Origin: Leptogorgia sarmentosa
Lineage: Eukaryota
Direction: 5' to 3'
Length of the DNA: 64,000 nucleotides
Assembly (NCBI GenBank): GCA_964658305.1
Contig: OZ210885.1
Span: 24,676,001-24,740,000, forward strand
Numbering within the stretch: position 1 is the first letter of the stretch; the number at the start of each line of letters is the position of its first letter. Both the position numbers and the translations under genes were made by a program. The notes under the pieces are model-generated. The model was given only the letters and a program-made list of their open reading frames with translations, did no database searches and had not been told where the DNA came from. Shown here one piece after another: positions 62,601 to 64,000 of the stretch.

Positions 62601-64000
62601 CAAAGCGATATTACCGACATTCTTATCAAATTTCGAAAGGAACCTGTTGCTTTAGCAGGGGACATTAGTCAAATGTACCATCAGCTGGTGCTGCGTCCTG
62701 AAGACAGACCTTTGCATCGATTCCTATGGCGGAATCTGGATTCGACCAAAGAGCCGGAAGTTTATGAATTCCTTCGGTTCATATTTGGTGGATGTTACTG
62801 CCCCTTTTGCGCACAGTACACCTGGCAACAACACGCAGAGAATCATCGAGACGAATACCCATTAGCGGCGGCAGCTGTACGAAAGAATTGTTATATGGAT
62901 GATCTAATGCCGTCGGTCGAGACCATATCGAAAGCGAGGGATATGCGCCAGCAGTTAACCGATCTTGGGGACAAGGCAAACTTCCACGTTCGAAAGTGGA
63001 TTTCCAACCGTCGGGAGGTGTTGGAAGATATTCCGGAGAGAGATCGCGCGTCTGAGATCAACCTAGAAAAGAATGAGCTGCCTGTGACCAAGACCTTGGG
63101 GGTTTCATGGACGGCACTCGATGATCAGTTCCTCTTCCATTACACTCCACCTTCCGAGGACTACCGATATACGAAGAGAAATGTGCTTCGTAGCACAGCA
63201 ACCATTTTCGACCCAATGGGTTTTTTAGCACCATTTGTTGTTCGTGCCAAGCTGTTGATGCAACAAGCCTGGGTGCAAGCTTTGAGCTGGGACGAACCGC
63301 TTCCGGACGAGCTTCAGAATGCTTGGAGACAGTGGTTTGGAGAATTAGTTATGCTGCACGAGACCAAGATCCCTCGGTGTTTGAAAGATGCCCCGACTGT
63401 TACGACCATGGAAATTCACACATTCTCCAACGCTTCAGAGAAGGCTTACTCTGCCGCGGTTTACGCGCGGTATGAGTACTTGGATGGTTCATTCAGTTCC
63501 CGCTTGATAGCATCAAAGACAAGGTTGGCGCCATTGAAAACTATCAGCATACCACGCCTTGAATTAATGAGTGCAGTCATCAGCCTTCGTCTGAGCAAAC
63601 AAGTGTGCAAAGCACTGGAGTTGCAACTTCGAACGGTGAACTTTTGGATAGACAGCATGACTGTGGGATATTGGATTCGAGGCCAAAGCAGGAATTACAA
63701 ACCATTCGTCGCACATCGCGTCGGCGAGATACACCAAGATTCGAATCCTCAACAGTGGCGGCATGTTCCCACAGCGTCCAATCCTGCTGACTACGGAACC
63801 CGGGGTATGACGGTCACCGAGCTGAACAACAACGATTGTTGGTGGAGCGGACCTAACTTCCTACAAGGACCGCGTGAACAATGGCCAGAAAGGAAATTCG
63901 AAACCCCAACATCCGAAGCGTATGATGAAGTGAAACCCGAGAGTAGAAATTCCACAGCTTCCTTTATGGCAACCAAGAGAAAGGAGGACGAGGTGAAGGA
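59652..64000 (+). pseudogene. BEL/Pao gag-pol: DUF1759-like gag, Cys/His knuckles, aspartic protease, RT, RNase H
   Basis: IPVFTGDKMKYRQW, CIVCGETH..C, CYRCLGDDH..C, LLDEGSD, KVRIVFD, DISQMY, YMDDL, KTRLAPLKTISIPRLEL, NPADYGTRG. Frameshift near 60965 and stops at 61763, 62198 and about 62338. Confidence 0.9.

Larger units (their letters stand above)
59228..64000 (+). mobile_element. BEL/Pao LTR retrotransposon, decayed, running off the window end
   Basis: 5' LTR TG...CA at about 59228-59431, then a PBS and gag-pol with BEL/Pao motifs. Confidence 0.9.

Noticed and set aside
1..64000. Prokaryotic operon or defence-island interpretation (RecQ, integrase, helicase, RT)
   Set aside because: GT-AG introns, low coding density, microsatellites and eukaryote-specific TE structures argue against it. 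No rRNA or bona fide tRNA genes were recognised.

Overview
This is AT-rich, intron-containing eukaryotic DNA. The TE families suggest an animal, plausibly a cnidarian, which is inference only. Almost the whole window is nested transposable elements, with no clearly conventional host gene. From left to right: (1) one end of a PIF/Harbinger-type element with a Myb/SANT-like gene; (2) an intact 4-exon orphan gene (zinc ribbon, Asn/Thr repeat, compact C-terminal domain); (3) a complete AcademH-type transposon (99-bp TIRs, 9-bp TSD) with an intact spliced RecQ-like helicase and a spliced transposase; (4) a large Helentron-type rolling-circle element; (5) inverted copies of a block with 68-bp TTAGGG-containing repeats next to a second PIF1 fragment; (6) further hAT elements; (7) a decayed BEL/Pao LTR retrotransposon running off the end. 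The Helentron ORF (about 2,400 aa) can be rebuilt exactly by removing three TSD-flanked insertions. It reads: leader, virus-like 2A motif (DIETNPGP), tandem herpes-tegument-like (C76) protease domains, Cys-rich region, HUH Rep, PIF1 helicase, AP-like endonuclease. A divergent intact RPA70-like OB-fold gene sits upstream. Its insertions are a hAT with a 5-bp TSD (holding a solo LTR and an intact RLE-type non-LTR retrotransposon), a MITE, and an IS3EU-type element (6-bp TSD) carrying an integrase and a CUE/HECT ubiquitin-ligase-like gene. Domain calls come from motif recognition by eye. No searches were run.
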